From positions 1,632,001 to 1,696,000 of the forward strand of contig OY769902.1 in assembly GCA_963669175.1 (NCBI GenBank): a DNA stretch of 64,000 nucleotides, read 5' to 3'. This document shows, in pieces, positions 38,316 to 48,651 of this stretch. This DNA comes from a bacterium. GTDB lineage: Bacteria; Electryoneota; Electryoneia; Electryoneales; Electryoneaceae. Each line of letters opens with the position of its first letter. Within the stretch, counting starts at the first letter, position 1. The notes under the pieces are model-generated. The model was not told the DNA's origin. It did not search any database and saw only the letters and a list, made by a program, of their open reading frames with translations. The position numbers were made by a program, and so were the translations under genes.

Positions 38316-40946
38316 ATGGCATTTCGGCGGACGTTTTGTATAGTAATTCTGGCATTTCTCATCTCCTTCGGGAGTTCCCTTGCCGGTGAGACCGGGAAAC
38401 TGACCGGGACCATCACGGACGCAACAACCGGTCAGAAACTGGCGGGCGCCAGTGTGCTGATTGAGGGAACTACCCTGGGATCAGCTACTGATCTTGACGG
38501 CGATTACACCATTCTGCGAGTCCCGCCTGGACGACACACTATTTCTATCAGTTTTGTCGGGTACCAGACGCTTGTGGTGGATAACGTGCTGGTTGAATCG
38601 GATAAAACGACACGGCTTTCCTTTGCGTTGGAGCAGGCTGCAGTCGAGGCCGAAGAGGTAGTCATCACCTGGACCAAACCACCGGTAGATCTGACTGAAA
38701 CCAATGAACGCACCACAGTTCAGGGTGAAGTGGTGCGTCAGCTTCCCATGCGTCAGCTTGACCAGATAGTAGCGTTGCAGGCAGGCGCGGTTACGGACGC
38801 TTCCGGCGATCTGCATATTCGTGGCGGACGTAGCGGTGAGATCGCGTATTACGTGGACGGCATCCGTGTCGAGGATCCCCTTTCCGGGGATCGTGCTCAA
38901 CAAATCAGCCGCGAAGCATTGCAGGAACTGAGTGTACTGTCCGGTACCTTCAATGCGGAATACGGCGATGCCATGAGCGGTGTTGTTACCATTGTCACGC
39001 GTGAAGGTGGAGAAGAGTACGAAGGCTCGCTGGAGTATGAAACCGGATTCATCAACTCCAGCCCCTACCGTGAAGCGGACTGGGCCAGTGCGGGCAGTGA
39101 TTCACGACGTGATCCGGTTACCGGTGAGTCCGAATACAAAGAGACCAATGTTCTCGACGAACTCGATCCCTGGATTCCGATCAAGGGACGCCTGTCCGCA
39201 TCCTTTGGCGGACCGGTTCCCTTTACCCCGAACATGACGTTCTTTGTTCTGGGTGTCAGTGAGCCGGAAGATCTCTGGGAACCGTTCGGCTACAAATGGG
39301 TCCGCAAAGCGATGGGCAAAACCGCCTGGACCACCGATTTCGGGAAGCTGACTTTCAGTGGCACGGTGCGCAAAGCGGAAAAGAAAAGCTACAGTCATTC
39401 CTGGAAATACGTCCCCGAGCATTACCACACGAAGTTTGACAACAGCGAGCGATTCGGCTTGTCCTTCACACGTTCCCCCAGCGAAAAACTCTACTACACC
39501 ATCAACCTTGGCTATTTCAACAAGGAGAACGACGTCAAGGTGTTCGAGGACTGGGATGATTACCTGGCCAATGTGACCAAACGGAAACAGCCGTTGAAGG
39601 ACTTCACTTTCGCGGGATATTTCTACGAAGATGATGACTGGTCGGACACCTACCGTGAATCTTCCACCCTCACCTATTCCGCATCATCGAAGGTGACCTG
39701 GCAGATGAACCATGTTCACCAATGGGACGCGGGGATGGAAGTACGTCAGCACAACGCGCAAATGGAAGACTGGCGCGACCTGCAAATCGCTACGGATGGC
39801 AGTAAAATCGGCGTTGTGGATCGTTACGATGAAGACGTTATTGATGGCGCTCTGTATGTTCAGGATAAAATTGAGTTGGATTATCTCGTGGTCAACGCCG
39901 GGCTTCGTTTCGATTATGTCGATCCGGAAACAGAGGGCTGGTCGGATATTGAAAATCCCCTGAGCCCGATGGAGGATGCACCGGCTTCCTATCAGTTGAG
40001 CCCACGGCTTGGTCTCGCTCATCCGATCAGCGACCGTCTGACCCTGCATTTCGCCTATGGTCATTTTTTCCAGTACCCGGACTATGTCAACCTGTTCATG
40101 AATTCTTCGGACCTCGACCCGGATACGCTCGCCATCCGAAGCTTTGACGTGGTAGGCAACCGGATGCTGAAACCGCAAAAAACAGTCGCCTATGAAGTCG
40201 GCATGAAAGCTGTGCTCACGCCGGTCTGGGGTTTGTCCATGACTGCGTTTTACAAGGATATCACGGATCTGGTGGGCACCCGGCAAGTGCGTGTCGGGAC
40301 GGCTTACAACTACGCCGCGATGGTGAACATTGACTACGCCAATGTGAAGGGATTTGAATTCGGCATTGTGCGCAACCTGTCCAATTACTGGAGTTTGCAG
40401 GCGAATTATACCTACAGCGTGGCGAAGGGGAATTCCTCGGAACCGATGACCGGGTATTACGACGCCTATTACAACGAAACCGAAGTCCGGCAGGAGTATT
40501 ACATGGACTTCGACCGCCGCCATGTCTTCAACACCATGTTGACCATTTCCACGGGCGAGAACAATTACCCGGAATTTTTCCATACCACTGCACTGCGTGG
40601 GATTCAGGTCGGGATTACGGTGAATGTGGCGTCGGGGTTGCCCTATACCCCGTATTCCGGGGCGGGAGAACAACTGGCCTTGCGCAATTCTGAACGTATG
40701 GACTACACCGCGACGGTGGATTTTCGTTTGAGTAAAACGGTTGTTTTCAAACCGGTGGGCGTGACGTTGTTTACTTCGATCACCAACCTGTTTGACCGTG
40801 TAAATCCGATCTCGGTGAACAGCCGTACCGGGGAACCCTGGGAAACTACGGTGCCCGGCAACGATATCAGCTATGACCAGATCCACAACCCGAGTTATGT
40901 CGGCGATCCACGGATCGTGCGTGTGGGGATGCAGGTGGATTTCTAG
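38316..40946 (+). CDS. TonB-dependent receptor with N-terminal carboxypeptidase-regulatory-like domain
   Basis: GKLTGTITDA, GSATDLDGDY, HIRGGR, GTFNAEYG; C-terminal Phe. Confidence 0.92.
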   Translation: MAFRRTFCIVILAFLISFGSSLAGETGKLTGTITDATTGQKLAGASVLIEGTTLGSATDLDGDYTILRVPPGRHTISISFVGYQTLVVDNVLVESDKTTRLSFALEQAAVEAEEVVITWTKPPVDLTETNERTTVQGEVVRQLPMRQLDQIVALQAGAVTDASGDLHIRGGRSGEIAYYVDGIRVEDPLSGDRAQQISREALQELSVLSGTFNAEYGDAMSGVVTIVTREGGEEYEGSLEYETGFINSSPYREADWASAGSDSRRDPVTGESEYKETNVLDELDPWIPIKGRLSASFGGPVPFTPNMTFFVLGVSEPEDLWEPFGYKWVRKAMGKTAWTTDFGKLTFSGTVRKAEKKSYSHSWKYVPEHYHTKFDNSERFGLSFTRSPSEKLYYTINLGYFNKENDVKVFEDWDDYLANVTKRKQPLKDFTFAGYFYEDDDWSDTYRESSTLTYSASSKVTWQMNHVHQWDAGMEVRQHNAQMEDWRDLQIATDGSKIGVVDRYDEDVIDGALYVQDKIELDYLVVNAGLRFDYVDPETEGWSDIENPLSPMEDAPASYQLSPRLGLAHPISDRLTLHFAYGHFFQYPDYVNLFMNSSDLDPDTLAIRSFDVVGNRMLKPQKTVAYEVGMKAVLTPVWGLSMTAFYKDITDLVGTRQVRVGTAYNYAAMVNIDYANVKGFEFGIVRNLSNYWSLQANYTYSVAKGNSSEPMTGYYDAYYNETEVRQEYYMDFDRRHVFNTMLTISTGENNYPEFFHTTALRGIQVGITVNVASGLPYTPYSGAGEQLALRNSERMDYTATVDFRLSKTVVFKPVGVTLFTSITNLFDRVNPISVNSRTGEPWETTVPGNDISYDQIHNPSYVGDPRIVRVGMQVDF

Positions 40947-41000
40947 ACACATTGAGTGAAAAAAGTAGACAGTGAAAAAAGTGAAAAAAGAGAAAAAACA

Positions 41001-41131
41001 CGCGTGGCCAGATTTGCTTGATGTGAAAGCCGCGTGGCCCGGTGTGCTTGCACCCGGGCAGTGAGGAATCAGAATTCGACGAGTGGCTTGGAAGTGGCTT
41101 GGCCGCGTGGCCCGGTGTGCTTGCACCCGGG
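41001..41131. repeat. Repeat family F (CGCGTGGCCCGGTGTGCTTGCACCCGGG), two perfect and two degenerate units
   Basis: Identical units at 41031 and 41104; related doublet at 49842-49919. Confidence 0.75.
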
Positions 41132-41164
41132 AAAATTGCTTAGCGAGTGATGTGGAAAAGGATG

Positions 41165-41386
41165 AAGAGAAAGGGGACTGTTTCCTTTCCCTTGTGGCAA
41201 AATCTGATTTCATATGAAATGATGTGGGAAAGGTGACTGTCCCCTTTTTCCTGTGAACATGTAAACGCTCAGGGCCGTTACAGAAATTCAACATCTGCGC
41301 ATCGAAAAGGGTACAGCTTCCTTTTCTGAAAGAACAGCGAAAGTGTCCTGATCACAGCGCGGAGAAAAGGATTCCGTCCCCTTTTC
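41165..41386. repeat. Cluster of family E-like palindromes (AAAGGGGACTGT..., AAAGGTGACTGTCCCCTTTT)
   Basis: Four related palindromes. Confidence 0.6.
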
Positions 41387-41458
41387 GTACAAGTTTCTGA
41401 TGAACCGAATGGTCTTTATATCTCACTTAACAGAAAGCCAAACAACACGGAGTGAACC

Positions 41459-44400
41459 GTGAAACGATACAGCCTCACCCTCGCAAGCCTGTTCCTCTTC
41501 GCCACACTGGCGACCGCCGCCTCACCGCTCGGACCCGGACCACACGACATGAAACGGTTCAAAGAGATCGGTCGTGAAGTGCTGGCGCGAGACGAGGAAG
41601 GCATAGGCCTCATGGACAAAGGGCAGGTGCAGAACGTGATCTCCAACATCGGGATCATCAGCCACTTCCTCTACGCCTCCCCCGCGCTGCACTGGCCGCG
41701 CAACGGGGACGACGTGCAACAATACGGCTTCGGTGTGAACCTGATCGTGGCGACGGAAAACGAGGTAATTCACTCCATCTATGACCCTTCTTCCGCATCG
41801 CAGGACTTCCGTTGGACGCCTGTGGATGGCAGCAACGGCTCCCTCTACAATTCAAACCGTACCGAGGACAATACGGCCGCTGATGGTGTCACACCGCTTC
41901 TCGCCAGCAGCGACCGTCGCAGCACATGGCCGGTGATCAACGGTTCCCCATCCTGGCCCGGCCCGTTCCGTGAAAGCCTGTCGTTTCCCGGTGTCTACGA
42001 GACCAACCAGTTCACTTCCGACCGTGATATCTATTGCGAATACACCGACACTCGCGGCGAAGATCTGCGCGTACGTCAGCTCGCCTATTCCTACAGCCGT
42101 CCCTATGCCGAGGACATCGTGTTCGTCCGTTTCTGGCTGCATAACGACGGCAATGAGACCCTGGACAGCGTGTACGTCGGATTCCAGGCGGACCTGAAGC
42201 CGGATTTTTACGCCGATGACCGGATTGGCGCATGGAAGATGACGCCTTATGATTCCAGCGCGACAGAGGACAACTACCCGTCATTCATTTACAAGGTTGA
42301 CCTCAACGGAGTCCCGCAACGGGATGATTCCTCCACCTTCGAGCAGTGGGTCGGTCCGGTGGGGTGGATCGGGCTTGGTTTTGTGCAGACGCCTGAAGAT
42401 GCCGGGGTGAGTTCGTTCCACTATTATCATGATGACAATTCCCCGGTCGATGATGATGTTTTCGCCGCCCTTCTGCGCAACGATGCGTCTGTACCGGAAC
42501 ACCCGGACTGGTATTTTCACGGTTCCGACCCGGCGTTTGACGATATCGCGTTGCAGGAAGATGTCAACATGAACGATCTGCCGGGCTCGGAAATCACCTT
42601 CACCATTGGCTCGGGACCGTTCACATTGGCGCCCGGTGACAGTACAGAGTTTGCGATTGTGCTGGGCCTGGGCGCTGATTCCACCGACTTGCAGGAAAAT
42701 GTCGAGACCGCCTATTTCATGGCGAAGGAGAAAAGCTACCAGGGCAGCGGGCCGCCGGAGACGCCTACCCTGACTGCACGGCCGGGTGACGGATTCGTGG
42801 AACTGTTCTGGAACAACGTGGCCGAGGGCAGTATCGACGCCATTACCGGACGGCAGGATTTTGAGGGCTACCGTCTGTACAAATCCACCGACGCAGGGGA
42901 GACCTGGGGCGATCCGATCGGCAACTGGTGGGGCGAAGCGGTCAACTATGTGCCGATTTATACCTGTGACCTGGTGGATTCGATCACCGGGCTGGACCCG
43001 GCCTACAGCGCGGACTTCCCCTCAGCGCATGCCTGGCTCGGCGATGACAGCGGCATTTTCCACCGTTACGTGGACGACGATGTCACCAACGGCATCGAAG
43101 TCTGGTACAGCCTGACTTCGTATGACAAGGGCACTTACAACCCGTTGTATCCGGACTCGACGCAACCGAGTTATGAGTGCGGACGTGGGATCACGCAATA
43201 CGAATCGAACACCGTCGCCGTAACTCCGGGCACACGAGCCTCCGATCTCAACCTGGAGGGCATCTCGGTTGAACTGCACGAGCTGAACGACCACGCCGCC
43301 GATGGCGAGATCTATGTGAGTATCGTGAACGAGGCCGAGCTGACCGGGCATACTTACCAGGTCACGTTCACCGATACGACGCTCTATGAAATCGAGGACG
43401 GCGATTCCATCGAGGTTCATGCGGCGATGATGAACCTGTTTGATGTGGATCGTCAGAGCTACGACTTCACCGACGGCATCACCGGCGACCTGTTCACCTA
43501 CCGCAATGTACCCCTCGCAGGTGACGCCATGCCGGTGGTGGACGGCTTCCGTGTCTATGTGGAAGACCTGCAGCAGACCGGTGTGCGTAGCATGGGCTGG
43601 ACCGAGGTTGCGGGGGATGAATGCACCTTCGACTGGTGGACGGAAAACCGTCTGCCGGAAAGCCAGCAGAGTTATGCGGAAGTGGTAGAAGGGCTGGATG
43701 ACTGGCGCATCACACGTACCGATACCCCGGTGAAGATCGCGGCGTTTGCGGTGGGATTTGGTGATACGCCGTTTGATTCGTTCGATGTGGCGATCCGTAT
43801 CGAGCATGCGGACTACGAGCAGGGCGGGGCGTGGGAGGATGTGACCGAACACCTCTGGATCTCGGACCTGAAATTTGTCTTCCCGACCAGCGGGTTCGTC
43901 GGGCCGTTGGGCTGGGACTGGGAACCGGGCGGCGACGGCTACAACCCGAGCGAAATGGGCGATATGTGGATGGATATCCTGGTGTTGCGTGACGACGAGG
44001 ACGATTCCACCGGGTCCGAGCTCTGGCTGAAAACCCAAAACGGTCCCGCGACAGCCACCGCGCCGAGCGTGGGCGACCAGTTCACCATCATCACGACCAA
44101 ACCCTTCAACGGCTCCCTGGTCTACGAATTCACCACCCAGGCCGCCACCGGCAGCCGTATCGCCAACCTCTCCGCAATCAAGGCAGTGCCGAACCCGTTT
44201 ATCGTGAAAAGCGGCCTGGAACGCACTACCACCGAATCACGCATGATGTTCACGCATCTGCCCAGCCGTTGCACCATCGATATCTATACCGTGGACGGCC
44301 GTAAAGTCCGCTCTCTCGAGCATGCGTCCGCCGGCACCGAAGGCATCGCCTACTGGGACCTGACCAACGAACATGGGCAGGATGTCGCCTATGGGCTGTA

Positions 44401-44464
44401 TATCTACATCGTAAAAACAAATGATGGACGGACACACCAGGGGAAGGTTATGGTGATAAGGTAG
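41459..44464 (+). CDS. Large secreted protein with Fn3-like region and C-terminal T9SS-like/FlgD sorting domain
   Basis: Signal peptide; DFEGYRLYKS; VPNPF..IYTVDG.KVR..WDLTNEHGQDVAYGLYIY. Confidence 0.85.
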   Translation: MKRYSLTLASLFLFATLATAASPLGPGPHDMKRFKEIGREVLARDEEGIGLMDKGQVQNVISNIGIISHFLYASPALHWPRNGDDVQQYGFGVNLIVATENEVIHSIYDPSSASQDFRWTPVDGSNGSLYNSNRTEDNTAADGVTPLLASSDRRSTWPVINGSPSWPGPFRESLSFPGVYETNQFTSDRDIYCEYTDTRGEDLRVRQLAYSYSRPYAEDIVFVRFWLHNDGNETLDSVYVGFQADLKPDFYADDRIGAWKMTPYDSSATEDNYPSFIYKVDLNGVPQRDDSSTFEQWVGPVGWIGLGFVQTPEDAGVSSFHYYHDDNSPVDDDVFAALLRNDASVPEHPDWYFHGSDPAFDDIALQEDVNMNDLPGSEITFTIGSGPFTLAPGDSTEFAIVLGLGADSTDLQENVETAYFMAKEKSYQGSGPPETPTLTARPGDGFVELFWNNVAEGSIDAITGRQDFEGYRLYKSTDAGETWGDPIGNWWGEAVNYVPIYTCDLVDSITGLDPAYSADFPSAHAWLGDDSGIFHRYVDDDVTNGIEVWYSLTSYDKGTYNPLYPDSTQPSYECGRGITQYESNTVAVTPGTRASDLNLEGISVELHELNDHAADGEIYVSIVNEAELTGHTYQVTFTDTTLYEIEDGDSIEVHAAMMNLFDVDRQSYDFTDGITGDLFTYRNVPLAGDAMPVVDGFRVYVEDLQQTGVRSMGWTEVAGDECTFDWWTENRLPESQQSYAEVVEGLDDWRITRTDTPVKIAAFAVGFGDTPFDSFDVAIRIEHADYEQGGAWEDVTEHLWISDLKFVFPTSGFVGPLGWDWEPGGDGYNPSEMGDMWMDILVLRDDEDDSTGSELWLKTQNGPATATAPSVGDQFTIITTKPFNGSLVYEFTTQAATGSRIANLSAIKAVPNPFIVKSGLERTTTESRMMFTHLPSRCTIDIYTVDGRKVRSLEHASAGTEGIAYWDLTNEHGQDVAYGLYIYIVKTNDGRTHQGKVMVIR

Positions 44465-44480
44465 GCGTCAAGTAGTTCTA

Positions 44481-45020
44481 TCAATCTTTATTGTGATTCA
44501 TAAAATTGTACAACCTATTTATTAACTCGGCAATATAGCCAAGCGTCTCATTGTAATCTGGATTGTATGTGGTAGGGTGAGCGCATTCATTTCTTTTAGC
44601 CAATAAACCATGTAAAGATTTCATTTCGCTCTTTTTTATCATTCGTAGTTCACATAAACATGTTATAAATTGATGTTCGCTAATGTTTTCAATTAACACA
44701 TCTTTACTTTTATATTTTCTCCACTTATCATGCAATTCAAATACATGTTCAAGCTTTTTATCATTAATAGAATTTTCAAGGAAATCAATGAATGCTGTCC
44801 ATGCAGAAACATGTGCCACTCTGAATAAATCGTATTTAATACAATGAATTGATTGAATAAATAGCTCTTCTTGTAATATAGATAACGACTCAATATTTTT
44901 GATAGCTTTTTCTATTGTTGTTATTCTTGTATTATCACTACTCCCTTCGTTATAAGTAGTATTATTTTCTATTTGAAAAGAATTCAGTTTTTTGATTGTG
45001 TTAATTAATCTAGAATTCAT
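44481..45020 (-). CDS. Hypothetical protein with RxxxxH (RNECAH) HEPN-like motif
   Basis: All-helical character, C-terminal KRNECAHP; very AT-rich. Confidence 0.7.
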   Translation of the reverse strand: MNSRLINTIKKLNSFQIENNTTYNEGSSDNTRITTIEKAIKNIESLSILQEELFIQSIHCIKYDLFRVAHVSAWTAFIDFLENSINDKKLEHVFELHDKWRKYKSKDVLIENISEHQFITCLCELRMIKKSEMKSLHGLLAKRNECAHPTTYNPDYNETLGYIAELINRLYNFMNHNKD

Positions 45021-45024
45021 AATA

Positions 45025-45639
45025 TTAATCCGTTAAAAGATATTGTTTCATTGATTTAAATATTTTATCATAAATATCAGATTTGTCTGTGTTTGGTAAA
45101 TTTATTTGGATATTAAAATTGATAGTTAGGTTTTTATCTTTCGATGAGTCTGGTTGATTGCGGCTTGTATTAGTTTTCTTGATCTGTTCAGTAATGTCTT
45201 GGTCGCAGATTTCTTCCTTCTTCTCTATAGCGAAATCCGCTTTGGCACATAATGTTTTGAATGTAGAGGAAATTGCAGATAATCCTTGCGTCCCTCCCTT
45301 GTAGTCACCTGCGTAGAAGGCCGTAATTTCACCATCAGATAGATTTTGTGCATTGGGATATGTCTCAAATAGCTTTTTGTAGGCTTCTCTGATAGAAATG
45401 CCCAATGCTTTTGGGCCGTTATTGGTTCGAAAATCAGACCACAGTTTTGTCGGTGCGCCACCCTGATCAACAAATCCAACGTATTTTAGCACTACTAACA
45501 GACTTCGATCACTTGCTTTATCGTATCCAATTCTTATCAGCCAATCGTCATCAGCATTGTTTGGTATTCCTAAGGATCTGATCTTTTCAAGAAACGTAGA
45601 TAACTTCTTAGGAGTCTTTGTATAAACAGGAACGGACAT
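45025..45639 (-). CDS. DUF5343-like protein
   Basis: DRSLLVVLKYVGFVD..G.PT..W..FR and C-terminal NIQINLP..IYDKIFKS patterns recalled for DUF5343; start could be 45651. Confidence 0.7.
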   Translation of the reverse strand: MSVPVYTKTPKKLSTFLEKIRSLGIPNNADDDWLIRIGYDKASDRSLLVVLKYVGFVDQGGAPTKLWSDFRTNNGPKALGISIREAYKKLFETYPNAQNLSDGEITAFYAGDYKGGTQGLSAISSTFKTLCAKADFAIEKKEEICDQDITEQIKKTNTSRNQPDSSKDKNLTINFNIQINLPNTDKSDIYDKIFKSMKQYLLTD

Positions 45640-45763
45640 AATACATCCCAAAGTGTGTTTAAAACGTAGTTATCCTTTTATCCTACAAAATACATCAGAT
45701 ATCATGTAGGATTACAGCACAAATAGGAAGTTATTAGTAGTATTCAGCAATATGACATAAGGG

Positions 45764-45964
45764 CTATTTCTTGGGAATGAAATTGCTGTCATGACGACCA
45801 ATAGTTTGAGAATTAGCCCCAGTATGAACGCCTTGATTTGGTCCAGAATAAGCAGAAATGCGTGAAAGATCATTAAAGTCCTGCATGCCAATCTTGACGT
45901 CGTTTATACCTTGGTTGATCTTAACTGTTTTACCGTCACCAGCATCAATTTTAAAACCAGACAT
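45764..45964 (-). CDS. Small hypothetical protein (66 aa)
   Basis: Strong GGAGG RBS 6 nt before ATG 45964; co-oriented with the DUF5343-like pair. Confidence 0.55.
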   Translation of the reverse strand: MSGFKIDAGDGKTVKINQGINDVKIGMQDFNDLSRISAYSGPNQGVHTGANSQTIGRHDSNFIPKK

Positions 45965-46409
45965 GGTATACCTCCACATATATGACCCCTTAACCAACCT
46001 TCTGTGAGTAAAAAATACAAGCTGATATTGCGATAATCAAGACAAATAATAAAAAACAAAAAATTTCGAAATAGACAAACGGACTCTAGGAGAATGCTGT
46101 GATTCTTCTATTAAACTACTTTGTTCTTCCTTAATATTCTGGATATTTATGGTGTTTCTTTCTTATGCGAGAAGCTTCCACACAAAGCTGTGAATGCGAA
46201 TAAGGAAAATCCATTTCGCATATGCGACATTACTTTCGAACATTACTATAAAACTTGGAAACACACCGTCAAGACTCTACGAAAACAGTCCACTAAAGGC
46301 GGACTACTTGAACAGTGACTATCTTTCAAATCAAGCTTTTCGGAGAGTATTTAATTTTCAAGAGCGTATTAGGAAGACGTTCTTTTCGTGCCCTTTTTGA
46401 TCATTTCTC

Positions 46410-46660
46410 CCCTCACCAGCATCAGCTTTCGTGTTTCGGTCCAGTGGACGGGGACGGTTGCTGGACGAGATAGACCCCGCTGCTCAGGCAGTTCGCATCG
46501 AAGGTGAAACGCTGTTCTCCGGCGGCAAAGAGTGTGTTGGCAAGTTCGGCGACCTGCTGGCCCAACACGTTGAACACGCGCACGCTCAACTGCGACGCCT
46601 CCGGCAGCGACACGGCCACCGACGTATGCGAGTTGAGCGGTGGGTGGACCGGGAGCTGGC
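46410..46660 (-). pseudogene. Frameshifted remnant of a T9SS-like C-terminal sorting domain
   Basis: VSLPEASQLSVRVFNVLGQQVAEL..LSSGVYLV in one frame and TRKLMLVR in another; no N-terminal part. Confidence 0.75.
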
Positions 46661-46721
46661 TCCCGGGTGAAAATAGAAATCAAGAATTGAATCTATTGCG
46701 AAAAGTCCGTATACCTTCCCA

Positions 46722-46926
46722 TTAGCCTGCTTCAGCAGGCTCTTCTTAGCACCCGGCTTTAGCCGGGGTGAATAGAACGTGTAATAATCAGGAGCGCGCT
46801 TTAGCGTGCTTTCCGGTTGTGGTCCTGGTTGCTGGGAAGCACCCTGAAGGGCGCTCGCGATACTTCTTTGCATCCGACACCCCGGCTGAAGCCGGGTGCT
46901 AAAAAGAGCAGGCTAAAGCCTGCTAA
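46722..46926. repeat. Family B doublet (intact)
   Basis: Two inverted three-hairpin arms. Confidence 0.88.
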
Positions 46927-47067
46927 GATGACACAATCTCAAAGAATTGAGTGAAACTCTTTGAGGTCATTCGTTGGGATCTCCTGTTGGATCTCTCGCA
47001 AGGTAGCTGATTTGAAAACGATTTCCACCGAGGACGTTCCGGATTATGACTACCCAATGATAAAAGA

Positions 47068-47092
47068 AAACCCGGTCAGAAATGACCGGGTT
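47068..47092 (-). terminator. Intrinsic terminator
   Basis: AACCCGGTCA-GAAA-TGACCGGGTT. Confidence 0.7.
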
Positions 47093-47122
47093 ACAATTGA
47101 CAAAACAAAACCTTCAACCACC

Positions 47123-48148
47123 CTACCTCACAAACTGCACCTTCTGTGTCTGGTGCAGGCCCTGGGCGTCGAGACGGATAAAATAGGTTCCGCTGGCCAG
47201 GCCGGACGCGTTGAACAGCGCACGGTTGGTCCCGGCGGGCAGGACACCGTCCACCAGGCGGCTCACCACACGTCCCTGCAGGTCATACACCGTCATGGTA
47301 ACCTGTCCCGGTGCGGTCAGGTTGAACGGTACAAAGGTGCTGGAGTTGAACGGGTTCGGATAAGCCGGCTCAAGGGAAAGTTGTACCGGCTGCGCGGTAC
47401 GGGAATCATCGACCGAAGTCCAGTTATCAATTGCGACAGTACGGTAGAATGTTCCCCCGGTGAAATTGGGATTGGTCGCATAATCCTCAGACTTGGCCTT
47501 GAAGGTTTCTCCACGGTCCGGTGAGTACCACATATAACTGATGTTAGCGATAAGGTTCGGCTCGTCCATGTCGGTCTGGATCTCCTGGACACGCAGGACC
47601 GAGAATGTACCGGCGCTGTCGGTGAGGGTTCCCCAGGCGTCAACCACAAAATGAGATGAGTCCGCGCTGCCATCGTTGTTAATCGTGATATCCCACTCAT
47701 CGCCATAGCTCAACGGCCAGCTCATCAGAGGGCCCGATGTTTCCATGGGATAGAGCATGGTGGTTTGACTGGCGTATACGTATACACTTGCGCCGAGCAG
47801 ATTCACAGCGTCGTTTTCGAACCGGTAGAAGGAAAATACCTGCATGCCGTAGGAAGAATCGCCATAACTGACAGTGTTGGCTGTTGGGAAACTGTCCGCG
47901 CCGGGGATATCTGTCACTTCCGCATAAGTTTTTGTCTCACCGGTATTTCCACTCAGCGAAGAGAAATCCCAGCTCTGGTCTGCGCCGCCCTCGCCTGGAG
48001 TTGCGGTCCACATTCCCACCGAAGTGGAAATCACGACTCCGGGTGATACGGGGAAATCATCCAACTGAAGCGTAATTTGTCCGTACCCGATGCCCACCCA
48101 AAGCATCAGGCAACAAGATGCCACCATAAACCATCGAGCAAACCGCAT
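47123..48148 (-). CDS. Secreted protein with T9SS-like C-terminal domain
   Basis: AAGGAG RBS; signal peptide; AYPNPFNS..VYDLQGR.V..LASGTYF. Confidence 0.85.
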   Translation of the reverse strand: MRFARWFMVASCCLMLWVGIGYGQITLQLDDFPVSPGVVISTSVGMWTATPGEGGADQSWDFSSLSGNTGETKTYAEVTDIPGADSFPTANTVSYGDSSYGMQVFSFYRFENDAVNLLGASVYVYASQTTMLYPMETSGPLMSWPLSYGDEWDITINNDGSADSSHFVVDAWGTLTDSAGTFSVLRVQEIQTDMDEPNLIANISYMWYSPDRGETFKAKSEDYATNPNFTGGTFYRTVAIDNWTSVDDSRTAQPVQLSLEPAYPNPFNSSTFVPFNLTAPGQVTMTVYDLQGRVVSRLVDGVLPAGTNRALFNASGLASGTYFIRLDAQGLHQTQKVQFVR

Positions 48149-48651
48149 GTCTACTCCTTTCTCCTGATCGAGAGGTTGAGCCTGAAAGGCTTCATGTATG
48201 CCACCCATGGCTTTCTGACACATTCAGACAGCCAACGCATACGATTATATCGTTGCTTTCGGTTGTTTCTTGCCGCAATAAAAAAGTGTGTCCGCACACC
48301 GGTCCGGACAGACAAGCAGGGGAACCGTCAATGGTTAGCAGAATCGTGTGCCCCCCGGCGCCAGGCGAAACGCCTCAAGCCCCAGCACGATCATTCCAGA
48401 GGATGAATTAGGGAGGGTTAGTGTTCAGAAAATATGCACTAAAATGCGCTGTTTCAGGGGAATGATGCAATAGCAGTATTATTATTTGTTGTTTCATCGG
48501 TCCCCGGTCAACATTAAATGGAGCCCTGGCTGGTTGTCCAGCGCGAGGCAGTGTGTTACTGAACGTATACTGTTGTTGAAATAGGCTTGTATTTATTGCG
48601 TTGGCAGTGTACACTTTCTGAAACGATTCTATTCGCTTCGGGAGGTCGGCT

